A DNA stretch of 60,741 nucleotides, counting the filler, from Dugesia japonica (taxonomy: Eukaryota): NCBI GenBank assembly GCA_001938525.1. It is 4 parts of 4 records of this genome, joined end to end, with 100 filler letters (N's around TTAATTAATTAA, not from the genome) between each part and the next. Parts side by side here need not be neighbours in the genome. Positions count along the whole stretch, not along the records: positions 1 to 26,686 come from MQRL01648569.1; 3 more parts are not named here. One strand, written 5' to 3'. The first letter of the stretch is position 1, and each line of letters opens with the position of its first letter. This document shows positions 12,241 to 23,702 of the stretch, one piece after another. The notes under the pieces were generated by a model, which was not told the origin of the DNA, did not search any database, and worked only from the letters and a program-made list of their open reading frames with translations. The translations under genes were made by a program, and so were the position numbers.

Positions 12241-13129
12241 AGTTTCTGTCATATATTTTAAAAAAGATAAAATTTAACAGCCTAATGAGATTAAAGTTCA
12301 CTATGAATATCGAAATGTTTCGATGAGCCATTATCGAGGAACCATGAACACAGAAAATTTGCATACACCAAACAGACAGACACTTACAAAAATTTTCATA
12401 TTTTTGGACGAGTAGAGTGCTGAAAACTATAAATAACGTATAATACCGACTATTGACGATTTTCTAATACTCCATAAATATATTGTGGATTAAAAAAAAA
12501 TTTCCAAAAGTAAAAAAAAGTTTTGAACGTTTTAAAAAGTTTTTTTTTATTTTTGTCGGTCTAAAAAATTGTAAAATGGATTTTGGCACCCTAGGCGGTT
12601 GCTTAATTTGCCTGTATGGTAGAGCCACCACTGGATATCATGGAAACTATATAATTGTTGAGATGTCTTAGGGATTTCGCAAAGGCAAATCAACGATTTT
12701 AACGTGAGCTCTGTTAATTTACTTTAAAGAAATGAAATCCGATTAATTTCCACTTATAAATATTGTTATAACTGTTTTCTATATCTTAATATGTTTAATA
12801 TATATAATGATATATTTGTAAATAAACTATATAGTCACCTTAAATATCAAAAATACAAATTTTACTTTAAAAAATTTTATTGTCAAATATACTACTGTTA
12901 CAATTTTACGTATTATTTTTCCTCTGGGTCTGTTACTACAAGTATTAGACCGCTTTGAGAATTTTAAAAAGGGTAACAAAAATGAACTAAAATCCACTAT
13001 TTATACTAGTGGTTATACATGTATCATGCATTAAATTACGTGATAAGCATAAATAATTGTCAAAGTTTTTACAAAATTTTCAATAAAATTATAAAATTTA
13101 TAACATACTTGATTATTTTTTCGAAAAAA

Positions 13130-13447
13130 CAAATCGATAAATATTAATTCCATGCATTTAAATATAAACAAATGATCGGTACCGAATTAGATAAAATTTA
13201 GTTACAAAATAATCAATCACAGAATTAAATAAAAATTGATCGATCACGAAATTGAATAAGAGTCAAAATTAAAATGAATCATAAAATTAAATTCAGTCAA
13301 AGAATGGGTCGCAAAAGTTTGATATATTGAATGATTGATCTTGAATTGATTGGATTCTGATGATCTTGAACTGATTGGGTTTGTTGTGTGTTTGGTATGT
13401 ATACTTTTGTGTTTTAATATCTGTCTAAGTGTCTGCTTTCCCCAACA
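13130..13447. repeat. Probable LTR terminal fragment, loosely similar to about 760-1013
   Basis: Both end GCTTTCCYCAACA followed by TAAT and are preceded by TTGA/GT-rich tracts. Confidence 0.35.
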
Positions 13448-14124
13448 TAATACACATATTAGATAAATTTAAAGTTTCACAAGTCTCCATAAATTGTTTA
13501 TTAATTATTACAAGTCTTTTATTAAAATTAAAACTATGAAATAACAATTAACAAATTTCAAACAAATAATCTGAGAAATCTTATAATATTTTTCAAAAAT
13601 GTTGATTTTTTAAATACCAAAATACTTCTATATTTAATTATTTTTAAACCTAATTTTACCAAATAATTTTTATAATTTAACATAATATAAATATCTACTT
13701 TAATTTTAAAATACCTTTATTATTATTTATTATTATTTAAAATTTTGAAATACTTTTATTTTACGATTATTATTTTTACATACGTTTACAAAATAATTTT
13801 TATAATTTNNNNNNNNNNNNNNNNNNNNNNNNNNNNNNNNNNNNNNNNNNNNNNNNNNNNNNNNNNNNNNNNNNNNNNNNNNNNNNNNNNNNNNNNNNNN
13901 NNNNNNNNNNNNNNNNNNNNNNNNNNNNNNNNNNNNNNNNNNNNNNNNNNNNNNNNNNNNNNNNNNNNNNNNACAAATTTTATAATTACTTATAAATAAA
14001 ATAGATTAAATTATCCAGAAAATAATTTATTGTAATAAAAATTTTACAACTATATATTATGACTATAAATTTCCATTTATTAATTAAATTAAAAATACTA
14101 AATAAAATTTTTAATTATAAAAAG

Positions 14125-14265
14125 AATTCTAATTGTTTTTGCTGTTGCAAATCGCATTAAACTTTTCGAAATCTTAGATCGTTTCCCCTGTATCCATTAC
14201 GAAGCCAAACCAAATAATCTTTCTTCACTCATTCAATTTCCTAGCCAGGTTTTCAACGTCATAAC
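14125..14265 (-). pseudogene. hAT dimerisation-domain fragment
   Basis: LKTWLGN*MSEERLFGLA. Confidence 0.5.
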
Positions 14266-15374
14266 ATCGTCAACCATAACTTCAATAGTATCTTGTTTAT
14301 TTTGAAGTGTAAACATAAAATTTTCTTCATCTTTTTGAAAAAGAAATAATAATAGATTTTGAAAAAATGAGGTTGAAATAAGTTTATTTGATCTTCTGTT
14401 AGAAATATTTTGTCAGTAAAAAATATTTAAATATATAATCAAAATAATTTCTTTTTAACGATAATCCTACAGGAAACGTTTTCTTTTAAAAATAACATTC
14501 AAACAGTTTACTTTTCCGTCAATAAATAATATATAAACAAATCTAATTATTCCTTAATTGCAAACAATGCATAAATGAAAGCTAATTTTATGAAATGATT
14601 TAAGTCCTTGTTTAAATATTTGAAATCAAAATGGTTTTAAAATAATTGTCCAATATCGACTACATTATTCTTTCAATGTAACTATTGAAGTAAATAATCG
14701 ATACATTAATATAATTTATCAATAAAAGAACAATTATTAATTTAGTAGTTTATTGCAGAAAATTTAATCTTATTTAATTAATATTATTAAAATTTGATTT
14801 ATCTCCAATAATCTCTCTAAATCTAATATTTAAGTAAATAATCAATATTTAAATTGATTGTACAAGAATAATATAAAACAGTAATATTTTGTTACATGAA
14901 TTAAACAAACAAAATTTTTACCAGGGATTCTCAAATTGCGAAATACATTTTTTTAAAGAAATAAAACCTAATTGAAATTGAGATTGAATATCTTCACGTT
15001 TTTCAAAATATTATTAATAAAGATTCATTGATAGTAATTTTTAGAAATTGCTAATTATTTCTTTGAGGAAAAATATTAGTTAAAAATTCATTTATTACAA
15101 ATATCATGATAAAAACATTTTACGTATTACTACACAAATAAGAATTAAAGAAATTTCGTACATAAATTATTATTTAAGATAAAAATAAAGTGTTGTGAAA
15201 CTGGAAATAAAGTAGGTAATAACGGAAGATCCGCAGGTAAAATAATACAAAATGATTAAACAGATTATCAAAGTAAATGAAAAATTAACTAAAATTGCGT
15301 GTGGGGGATTTATTTTAATTTGATATTTAATTTAATTTTTTTTAAAAATTTTCATAAATCATTAAAACATTTCC

Positions 15375-15600
15375 ATTAATTATTGATGGTTAGCTTCAAT
15401 CAATGTCTTTATTTTGTCTTCATTAGCTTCGAAATTTCCGAAACGAAACTTTTTGAACTAGTTTTGGCATTGGCGTTTTGTCAGGACACTTTTTCCATAG
15501 AGGTTACAAAATTTCTTACTCGATTGAATCGCATTTTTACTTTTTCAGTTAAAAAAACAACAATAATATGTCTAAAATGCAACTTTTCAACGTTGACTTC
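15375..15600 (-). pseudogene. Mariner transposase N-terminal HTH fragment
   Basis: KLHFRHII...KFCNLYGKSVLTKRQCQN*FKKFRFGNF...EDKIKTLIEAN. Confidence 0.75.
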
Positions 15601-16600
15601 TAATATGCAATTTAGAAGAATATATGATATAAGTATGTTGATAGTGGCTCATCAGCCCACACCCTCCCCACATGGTATGAAAAAATTTTGGGCTGAATTT
15701 TTTTATACTTCTTTTTTAAAAAAGTTTATTAAATGGTGTTAAATATATTTTGTGGCAAAAAACATCGTTGTTAAGAAAGAACAGGAACGTTGAGTAACAT
15801 GTATGATTCGTGAAGATTTAATAGAAGCATATGAAAAGACGTTTAAAAAAGCGGATGGATATTGAGAGACATTGCGATTAGCTTTTGAGAGCAAGAAAGA
15901 CATAATAAAAGATTTACAGAATCTAGCAAGCTATCAACGTGGTGATGAAGAACTTGAGGTGTTTTTAAAAAAAGTAGAAAATTTGGTCGATAAATATTTA
16001 CCAAATGGAGAGCTGACGAAAGAAAAACTCTTATCAAAAATGCTAATAATTTGTACAAATAGTAAAAAAGAAGAAGAGATTATCATTTCGAAATTGGAGA
16101 AAGTAGAAGACATAAGAGAAACGTTATCATTAATTGAAAAAATAGAAAGAAGAGAACCTATTAATGTAGTAAAGAGTTACACTGGGGTATCACGTGGAGA
16201 ACGTTTTGTAAAAAGGAGACAAAATATTGAGAGAGTTACAAAAAGAACTGAACCACAGTGTTGGACATGCCAGAGTTATGGGCAAACAAAAAGATAGTGT
16301 TCAGAAAATTCTCATGTGGAATGTTTGACTTTTCACAAAAAAGGGCATTTAAGTAAAAATTTCCCAGACAAGAAACCACCAAAATGTTTTGGGTGTGGTA
16401 TGATTGGTCATATCAGAAGGATGTGCACAGAAATTGTATATGGTAGATGTAAAAGACCGGGTCACAGAGTAGAAGAATGTTATTCGAACATTAATAAACC
16501 TATACTAGAAGAGAGAAGATACAATTTTAAAAGCAGACAATAAACAAAAAAATTGAAGACGGGCAAAACCAATTCAGGCCATTTAAGATGAGGAGGATGG

Positions 16601-19511
16601 TAGTGATGTATTCGTAAAATAAGAAGAACCGTAACGCCCTTCATTTCTGAAAAAAGTACCGGAATGTTGTTCCTGCGCCAATACACTTCTTGTCGAATCT
16701 GATTGTCTAAGAAATGCACCGTCTAAGTCTGTCTTTTTTATAATTATCTAATCTATTGAGAAAAAAACCTTTTGTTGTGTTTTAAAAAATGATATATTTT
16801 TTATTCTAAAAATAGGCAAAGTTTTACCAGCAATAAACCCGAGTTTCTAATTGTCTAATAAATATTGACATTTCGATAATTGTACGCCAGGGTTAAAAAT
16901 GCTTTAAAAAATCAAAACAATTAGAATTGAAAAAAGTGTTCCTTATAATAAATTATTAGGTAATCTCAATAAAAACAAATTATAATTCTCTATTCATACT
17001 CAGAAAAATACAAAAACACAAAAAAATAAATTCGATAAAAGATCATGAGATTCTTAAAGACATTATTATGTATTATACTATAAAAATTACAAAAACTCCC
17101 AAATAGAATCACACACAACTTTATCATTTGTCCCTGCTCTTATAGTTTGCTCGTCAGTAGCGGATCGATGGGAACGCAACCAAGTTTTTACGTAAAAAAT
17201 TGAATTCCATAATTCCAAGGGTGGTCCCTGAAATTTTATAAACAATAAATTTTCAACATGATCAATTAAAATACGTGATTTTCTTTCCGATACAATTAAA
17301 TTCATACTGCTGAATCCGTGCTTACATTCTGAAGAGCTGCAAGCTATAATTTTGGAATATTTTTTAAAGTTTCTAAGTCTTCTGAAATGCCAAGTAATCT
17401 CTGAAGGCATTTAAAATTTTANCCAACGGTAAAGTATAGCGTTGGCAGAGAGATTCGGATGGTTATTCAGTTGGTTCAAGAATTCGCAATTCTTTAACAA
17501 TATCGGAACTGTCGTAATTCAAAATTCCGTCTGAACCAGAACAATTTTCAAATGTAGTCTTGAGCCTATTCCTCATATTATTAATAATACTAGTTAAAAA
17601 TTAATTTCTGTGAATGAATTTTAACTTTTTATTATCTGTCAACGAAATTAAAAATAATTTCATTGTTTCAACAGCAAAAGTTGCTTCCAATAACTTCTTT
17701 CCTTTCTGTGTATTTTTTAAATATTCTAAATAATTGATTGTGCGGCGAATAAATTTGTCTGCATAAACGATTGAAGTTTCTCTTTGTTTGCAATGCTTCT
17801 GATAGATTATATAGCTCGAATAGAACATCATACATAAAGGCCAAATCTTGACCAAATTGATTCGATGATATTATTTTATATAACTCATTGAACATGGATT
17901 GTTCAGTTTTAGTGCGGTGGTTGTCTTAACTCGAATTTTCGAAATGATAACATAAAGATGACCAATTCAGCCAAACTGCTGATACAATCTTAAAGAAGCT
18001 GGCCACCCATCCGACGGTAAATATACGTCCGATACGTTTAATTTCTACACCAAGGGTGATTGCAAATTTTTCAATTTCCTTTTGAATTTTCAGAGATTGA
18101 CTATATAAGGAGTATAATTTGTTCATAAATATTTGAAAATGATTGACCCCATTAACCTCAGAAATAGCATATCCTACTGACAACTCAAGCCGGTGGTTTA
18201 GAAAATGCCTTGTGATTAGATTCGGATATTTATGGGTTAATATTGTTCTTACCCTAGATTTTCTTCCTAACATAACACTGATCCCGTTGCTTGTAAATGA
18301 TATTAAATGGAGCTTTAAATAATTATCATCAAAACCATTTTTTCAAAACATTTTAATAGACATTTTGTTATTGTTTTAACTGTTTAATCCTGCAATTCAA
18401 TTAAATCAAGAAACACAAAATGAGGATCTTTTATCTTATCTGTTTCGCATTTTAAATAAATAATAAGTNNNNNNNNNNNNNNNNNNNNNNNNNNNNNNNN
18501 NNNNNNNNNNNNNNNNNNNNNNNNNNNNNNNNNNNNNNNNNNNNNNNNTTTGGATTTCATTTGAATTCCTATATGATTGATTCTTTCTGTAGCACTTAAT
18601 CTAGATCGTAATCCGTGAGCTATAATAGATCTATTCATTTCTTGAAGTTTTAATAAATCGAAATGATCAAAATATGAGCGATCATATTTAGTAATATAAT
18701 ACCAGTTCTAAAGACTTTACTGGTGCTACAAATTTCAGAATCATTCATCTCATCTAAAATAACTTCAATCCTTTGCTTATCTGCTTTTTTTAGGATTTTC
18801 TCAGCTTTTGTATGTGAAAGGCTTTTATAATGTTCACACATTTTTTCCGCAAAGAAGTTAGTTGTGAAGCTTTATCTTTTTCATAAGCTGATATCTTAGT
18901 GCCACTCCATTCTTTTGAGATGCTTACTCCCTGCGTCTTTAAAGGTCCTAAAGTCTGTATAGCTGAACAAGTCAGACATCCTAATTTTCTGGAATCGCAT
19001 TTTAGCCAAGTATATATTTTTTTCTTTTTGAAGATCATATCTGCAGTCCAAATACTCGGCCAATTTATTAATTGTGGTTCTTCTTCTTTCTGAAAATTTT
19101 CTGTTGATGTTGATAGAATGTCCATTTGACTTTTCCTGTTTTCTAGCACTTGTACATCTTCTTTTTGTTGCGTTTTAAATTTATTTTCGAAGATACTGTC
19201 CAAAATGGGTTGTTTACGTTTTTCGCTCATTTATAATCTTAAATATAAAAAATTAATTTTTATTATATATTCTGAAATAATATTTCAATAATTAATTGTA
19301 TATATACTTATATTTATGCTTATATAATTAAAGTAAATTAAAATTTGAAAATGATTAACTTCAATAATATTTAAACACTTATATCTTTATTTTATCCTTT
19401 AATATTATATATATAATGAACAAGCAAATGATATAATTTTCAGTTGAAATTAAAAACAATTCTCTACTGAAAAAAGTAGCGGAATGCCGTTCCGGCCCCA
19501 ATACACTACTG
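16601..19511 (-). mobile_element. hAT transposon (KIAA1586/ZNF862-like transposase) inserted in Gypsy gag
   Basis: TIR TAGTGATGTATT / AATACACTACTG; 8-bp TSD GAGGATGG / GGTGATGG; gag sequence resumes at 19512. Confidence 0.9.
17087..19230 (-). pseudogene. hAT transposase, fragmented
   Basis: WLKCDSRKLGCLTC zinc finger; HFLNHRLELSV (CxxH motif region); ACSSSECKHGFSSMNLI dimerisation motif. Confidence 0.9.
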
Positions 19512-19579
19512 GGTGATGGAAAGAATGAAGAAATATTTTTTGGGAACATAAAAGATAATGAAAACCCAAGAAGAGAATA

Positions 19580-19622
19580 CCCAAAATTCAAGGCTCTATT
19601 ATTAGAGGAGTTGGTTGGAGCA
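19580..19622 (+). promoter_or_regulatory. Putative -1 ribosomal frameshift signal (gag to pol)
   Basis: C_CCA_AAA in the gag frame, then GCTCT...GGAGC stem; the -1 frame is open into the protease. Confidence 0.7.
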
Positions 19623-21499
19623 ATTCATTAAACGAGAAACCGTTTGAATATCCTCAAGAGACTGGGAAATTTGATGAGACGAGTAAAGTGGGAGAAAATG
19701 TTTACAGATTCCTAACAAGAGAAAGTTTCAATAATGCGGAAGGTAACAAAGCAGAAGTGATAGGAACAATTGAAGAGAAACAGAATGTAGAAATTTCGTA
19801 TGATAAAATGCAAGAGAGACCTATCATTTCTATGATAATCAAGGGTGAACAGTTTGATTGTTTGTTGGATACAGGAGCAAGAATAAATGTGATGAGCATG
19901 AAAGGATTTAATAGACTCGGAGAAACAATATTAGAGCAAAGCGCGGAACAATTGTGCGGAACGTGGAAAGATACGTGTGAAAGTAATAGTTTCAGAGGTT
20001 TGCAAGGAAGTAACATTTATAATAGTAGAGAAATTAATACCAGATCTAATTGGTGGAGTGGAATTTCAGAATACATTTGAGTATCATCTTCAGAAACAGT
20101 GCAAGGTAGACATCAATAATAATCGAAAAACATTTGTTTGAAACATTGAGGAAGACAAATAAAGACGGGTGAACAATTGAGACATGCAATGGAGATTCAA
20201 GAAATTAACAAAGAATATAGATTGTCTGCGATTATTTAGAATAATGAGGATGTATTTATGGCGGATAAATGAGACATTTGATGTACATACTTAACAAAGC
20301 ATCGAATAATCACTAAAGAAATCAACATAAATCCGTATTGTCAACCAATGAATCTAGAGGAGAAGATTGAAGAGGGCATCAAGAATCTATATGATAATGG
20401 TATCATCCGAAAGTGCAATTCGCAATGGAATACGCCATTAATCTGTGTTTGAAAAAAGGAAAAAAANNNNNNNNNNNNNNNNNNNNNNNNNNNNNNNNNN
20501 NNNNNNNNNNNNNNNNNNNNNNNNNNNNNNNNNNNNNNNNNNNNNNNNNNNNNNNNNNCTTTGGAAGGTACGCAGTATTTTAGCTCAATAGACTTGGGAA
20601 ATGTATACTATCAAGTGAAACTCAGTAAAGACGACGTTTTTGACCAAACAAGTGCAATTTTGTTTCAATAAAATGCCTTTTGAAATTGCAGAAGCACCAG
20701 GTAAGTTCCAGAAAATGATGAATAAAGTAATCGAGAAAATAAAAGGAGCGATGGTTTATTTAGATGATTTTCGCATATTTACCAAAACAAAGAAGCAATA
20801 CAATTAAATAGTTAATAAAGTATTAAGAGAAATTAAGAATGCTGGTCTAAGAGTTAATCCGAAGAAATTTCAACTCATGAGAAAGGAGATCAAATTTTTG
20901 GGTTATGTTATCAGTAAAAATGGTGTCAAAAAATATTCAACTAAAATATAAGCAATTAAGAACTTTGATAAACCAAAGTGCGTTAAGAAAATGAGAAGCT
21001 TTTTAGGAATTTGCAATTACTATCGCAAGTTTATTAAAGATTATTCGAAAAAAGCTAGATTACTGGAACAACTGTGTAGTAGGCCAAGTAACAAGAAAAT
21101 TGAATGGTAGAATGAATTAGAAGAAGTTTGTAATGGAATAAAAAAATCACCAATGATGTCTCCAATATTATGTTTTCCAGATATAAATAGAGGATTTATT
21201 TTCGACACGGATGCGAGTTTCGATACTATTGGGGTAGTTCTATCTCAAAAAGACAACAATGGGCAAAAAAGAGTAATTGCATATGGGACACACGCAATGA
21301 CGAGTCATGAGAAAGGATATTGTACTACGCGAAAAGAATTACTTGCAATTTACTACTTTTGTATTCATTTCAAACATTACTTAAGTTAGATTTTGTAATT
21401 CAAAATTAGACATTTTCAAAGTTTATTAAAATATAAAAAACAATAATATTTAAACAAATATGTTTAAATATTATATCTAACATCCTTTCCTTTTAATCT

Positions 21500-22600
21500 T
21501 TTTGAATATCGGTTTTTTTAGCCAATCNATNNTTCGTGGTTTAGGGATTNCAGAATAATTTAAAAGCACTTGATGTGGGCTTAGAAATTTTAATATTTCA
21601 AAAGGACCTTCATATCTGTATCCATTTTTCTTCAAGTTGTAAGGTTATACCTTTACTAGAACTTCTTCCCCTTTAACAAAATTCTGGTATATTCTTTTAT
21701 CTGATTCATATTCATTTAATTTCAGTGCCGCATTTTTCAAATTTTTATGAACTAATTCTCTAACTTCTCCACTGCTTGTATTATTATTTAGTAATGGTCC
21801 ATGAATCATAATTTTGCTTCCATAAATTATTTCAAACGGTGATTCTCCAGTTGCCTTTTGTTGGGTTGTATTAATTGAAAATTGAATTCGAAGTAATGGC
21901 TTATCCCAACTAGCTTCTTCACATCCACTTTTTATTGAACTGACAATCATATCACGTAGAGTCCTGATCGTTATTTCTGCCAATCCGTTTGATTGATGTT
22001 GGTATGGAGAAAATCCTTGGGTAATTCCAAATTTTTGAGTCATTCCTTTCATCAATTTTCCATCGAATATCTTGCCTCTATCTGTCAGTATGGATTTGGG
22101 CTTGCTGAATCTATATATCTAATTTTCTTATATTGATTCAACTTAAGATTTTTCGTCTTGTTTTGTCATGGCTGACAGGCTAACAAGTTTGCTGTATCGA
22201 TCTATAATGACTAAAACATACTTCTTCTTTAACTTTGATTCATCAAAATAAACTATCTGTTTTAATGCTCCAAATTCGGTTTGAGGTAATAAAAATTCTT
22301 TTGTTTTGCCTGTATATGTTTTCCTTTGATTGCAAATTAAGCATTTGTTTAACTCATGTTCAATTGTTCTGAAAATATCAGGCCAAAAATAAGTGGTTTG
22401 AATATATTCAGTTAATGTTCTCGCATCAAGTAACATAATTCTTCATGAATGTAATTTATTAACTCAACCACTGATTTACCTGCTAAAACAATCCTCTTCG
22501 AATTTTTATCAAGAAACAGCAATATATCTTATTCCATATAACACAAAGATGTTTTTTACAGCCAGCACATATNTNCATAGTTTTATTTTCATTANAAAAA
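21500..22600 (-). pseudogene. Gypsy-type DDE integrase fragment
   Basis: YFWPDI...CLICNQRK zinc domain; IIDRYSK, LTDRGK, QSNGLAE; terminal GPF-like motif. Confidence 0.9.
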
Positions 22601-22715
22601 ATTATTTGGCAAGTTTTTGTATATTAGAACTCTCGGGGCTCTTCACGAGGTCATTCAAGTTTTCCAGTTAAGATGGATCTTTATACTCTGCGCTAAGTTT
22701 TTCTAATAATTGAAA

Positions 22716-23240
22716 CTAAAGTTTTTTTCTCGATATATTTTCACCATTTGTTTCGTTGTATAAAACCCAGGCATTTATTGCTGCTACGTCGAGAATGTTA
22801 AAAAATACTTGAAGAGGCCACCTTTGAGATCCTGACTTCACAATATACTTTCTGGTCATCTGTTTCGTCATGTCTACCTCAAATTTGGTTTCATAATAAA
22901 ATATTATGGATTCAGGTAGTTTTTTATTATCTTTTTCAATATTCACTGAATTATATTTCTTACTCATTAGTAGTACTTTTTTCGTTGGCTTACTTTTATA
23001 TACTGTCAACGTGCAATTATCTGTTTTATAAGTTTTAGATGAAAATCGAGGTAAATTATCTTTTTTTGGTTTGGCCATTTTTGGCAATTCTCTTTTATTT
23101 GCACAAATTGTTCCAACCAAAGTAGTCCGTTTTTCCAATAATTTTGATGCCAGTGATTTGCTAGTAAAGAAAATATTGGTGGTTTGAATAGATGAGTTTG
23201 AAAAACTAATAGAATCATCAATAACAGAATTCGAATTCAT
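22716..23240 (-). CDS. Chimeric 174-aa ORF: LTR-derived gag-like N-terminus fused to piggyBac transposase C-terminal part
   Basis: MNSNSVIDDSISFSNSS resembles gag start MNSDFDIDNTTSFPNST; the remainder is piggyBac; expression unknown. Confidence 0.5.
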   Translation of the reverse strand: MNSNSVIDDSISFSNSSIQTTNIFFTSKSLASKLLEKRTTLVGTICANKRELPKMAKPKKDNLPRFSSKTYKTDNCTLTVYKSKPTKKVLLMSKKYNSVNIEKDNKKLPESIIFYYETKFEVDMTKQMTRKYIVKSGSQRWPLQVFFNILDVAAINAWVLYNETNGENISRKKL

Positions 23241-23702
23241 TACAAGATTTATTAAAACAAAACTATCAACATAAATTTGCTTTTTTCAAATAAATTTAAA
23301 AATTCATATTTAAAAGCAAAAAATATTAAATATCAATAGTTGTTAAATTTTTAAATATTAAATATCAGCAGTTGTTAAATTTTTTTAATTTTAACCCTTT
23401 ATTACCAAATTTTAAAATACCTATTTCTATTTATTTACTTTTATATTTTTTTCTATTTGACATATTTTTAGTTTTAAAACTTTATTACCAAATTTTAAAA
23501 TACCTAAAAATATTAAATTTATTTATTTACTTTTATATTTTATTCTTATTCGAAATATTTTTAAATTTTCAAGCTTTTATTATCACATTTTAAAATTTAC
23601 TAAAATATTACTTTTATTTATTTACTTTTATTTTTTATTCTTCTGATATAAATTTTAAATACAAATATGACTTTAATAAATCTGTTTTAAAACTATCTTA
23701 TA
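23185..23702 (-). mobile_element. Gypsy solo LTR inserted in piggyBac
   Basis: Splits the piggyBac GRNVT|TxxFFTS motif; starts TATAAGATAGT and ends AACTCATCTATTC on the minus strand; homologous to 51535-51980 and to the LTR end at 57275. Confidence 0.8.

Larger units (their letters stand above)
10353..12633 (-). mobile_element. hAT transposon (ZMYM1/PRKRIR-like transposase), internally deleted
   Basis: TIR CCGTGGTGGCTC / GAGCCACCACTG; perfect 8-bp TSD GATATCAT (10345-10352 and 12634-12641). Confidence 0.95.
15760..21389 (+). mobile_element. Ty3/Gypsy internal region (gag, protease, RT, RNase H), truncated at both ends and interrupted by a hAT
   Basis: Four CCHC-type knuckles at 16258-16480; LLDTGA protease; MVYLDDF RT; DTDASFDTIGVVLSQ and RKELLAI RNase H; clearly homologous to the copy at 55170-57329. 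Confidence 0.95.

Noticed and set aside
13745-13999. ORFs spanning N runs and antisense shadows of TE genes (for example 19702-20016 and 55830-56156)
   Set aside because: Artefacts of gaps or of reverse-strand coding sequence
21500-22600. Integrase as the continuation of the adjacent Gypsy pol
   Set aside because: Opposite strand and not contiguous; treated as a separate fragment
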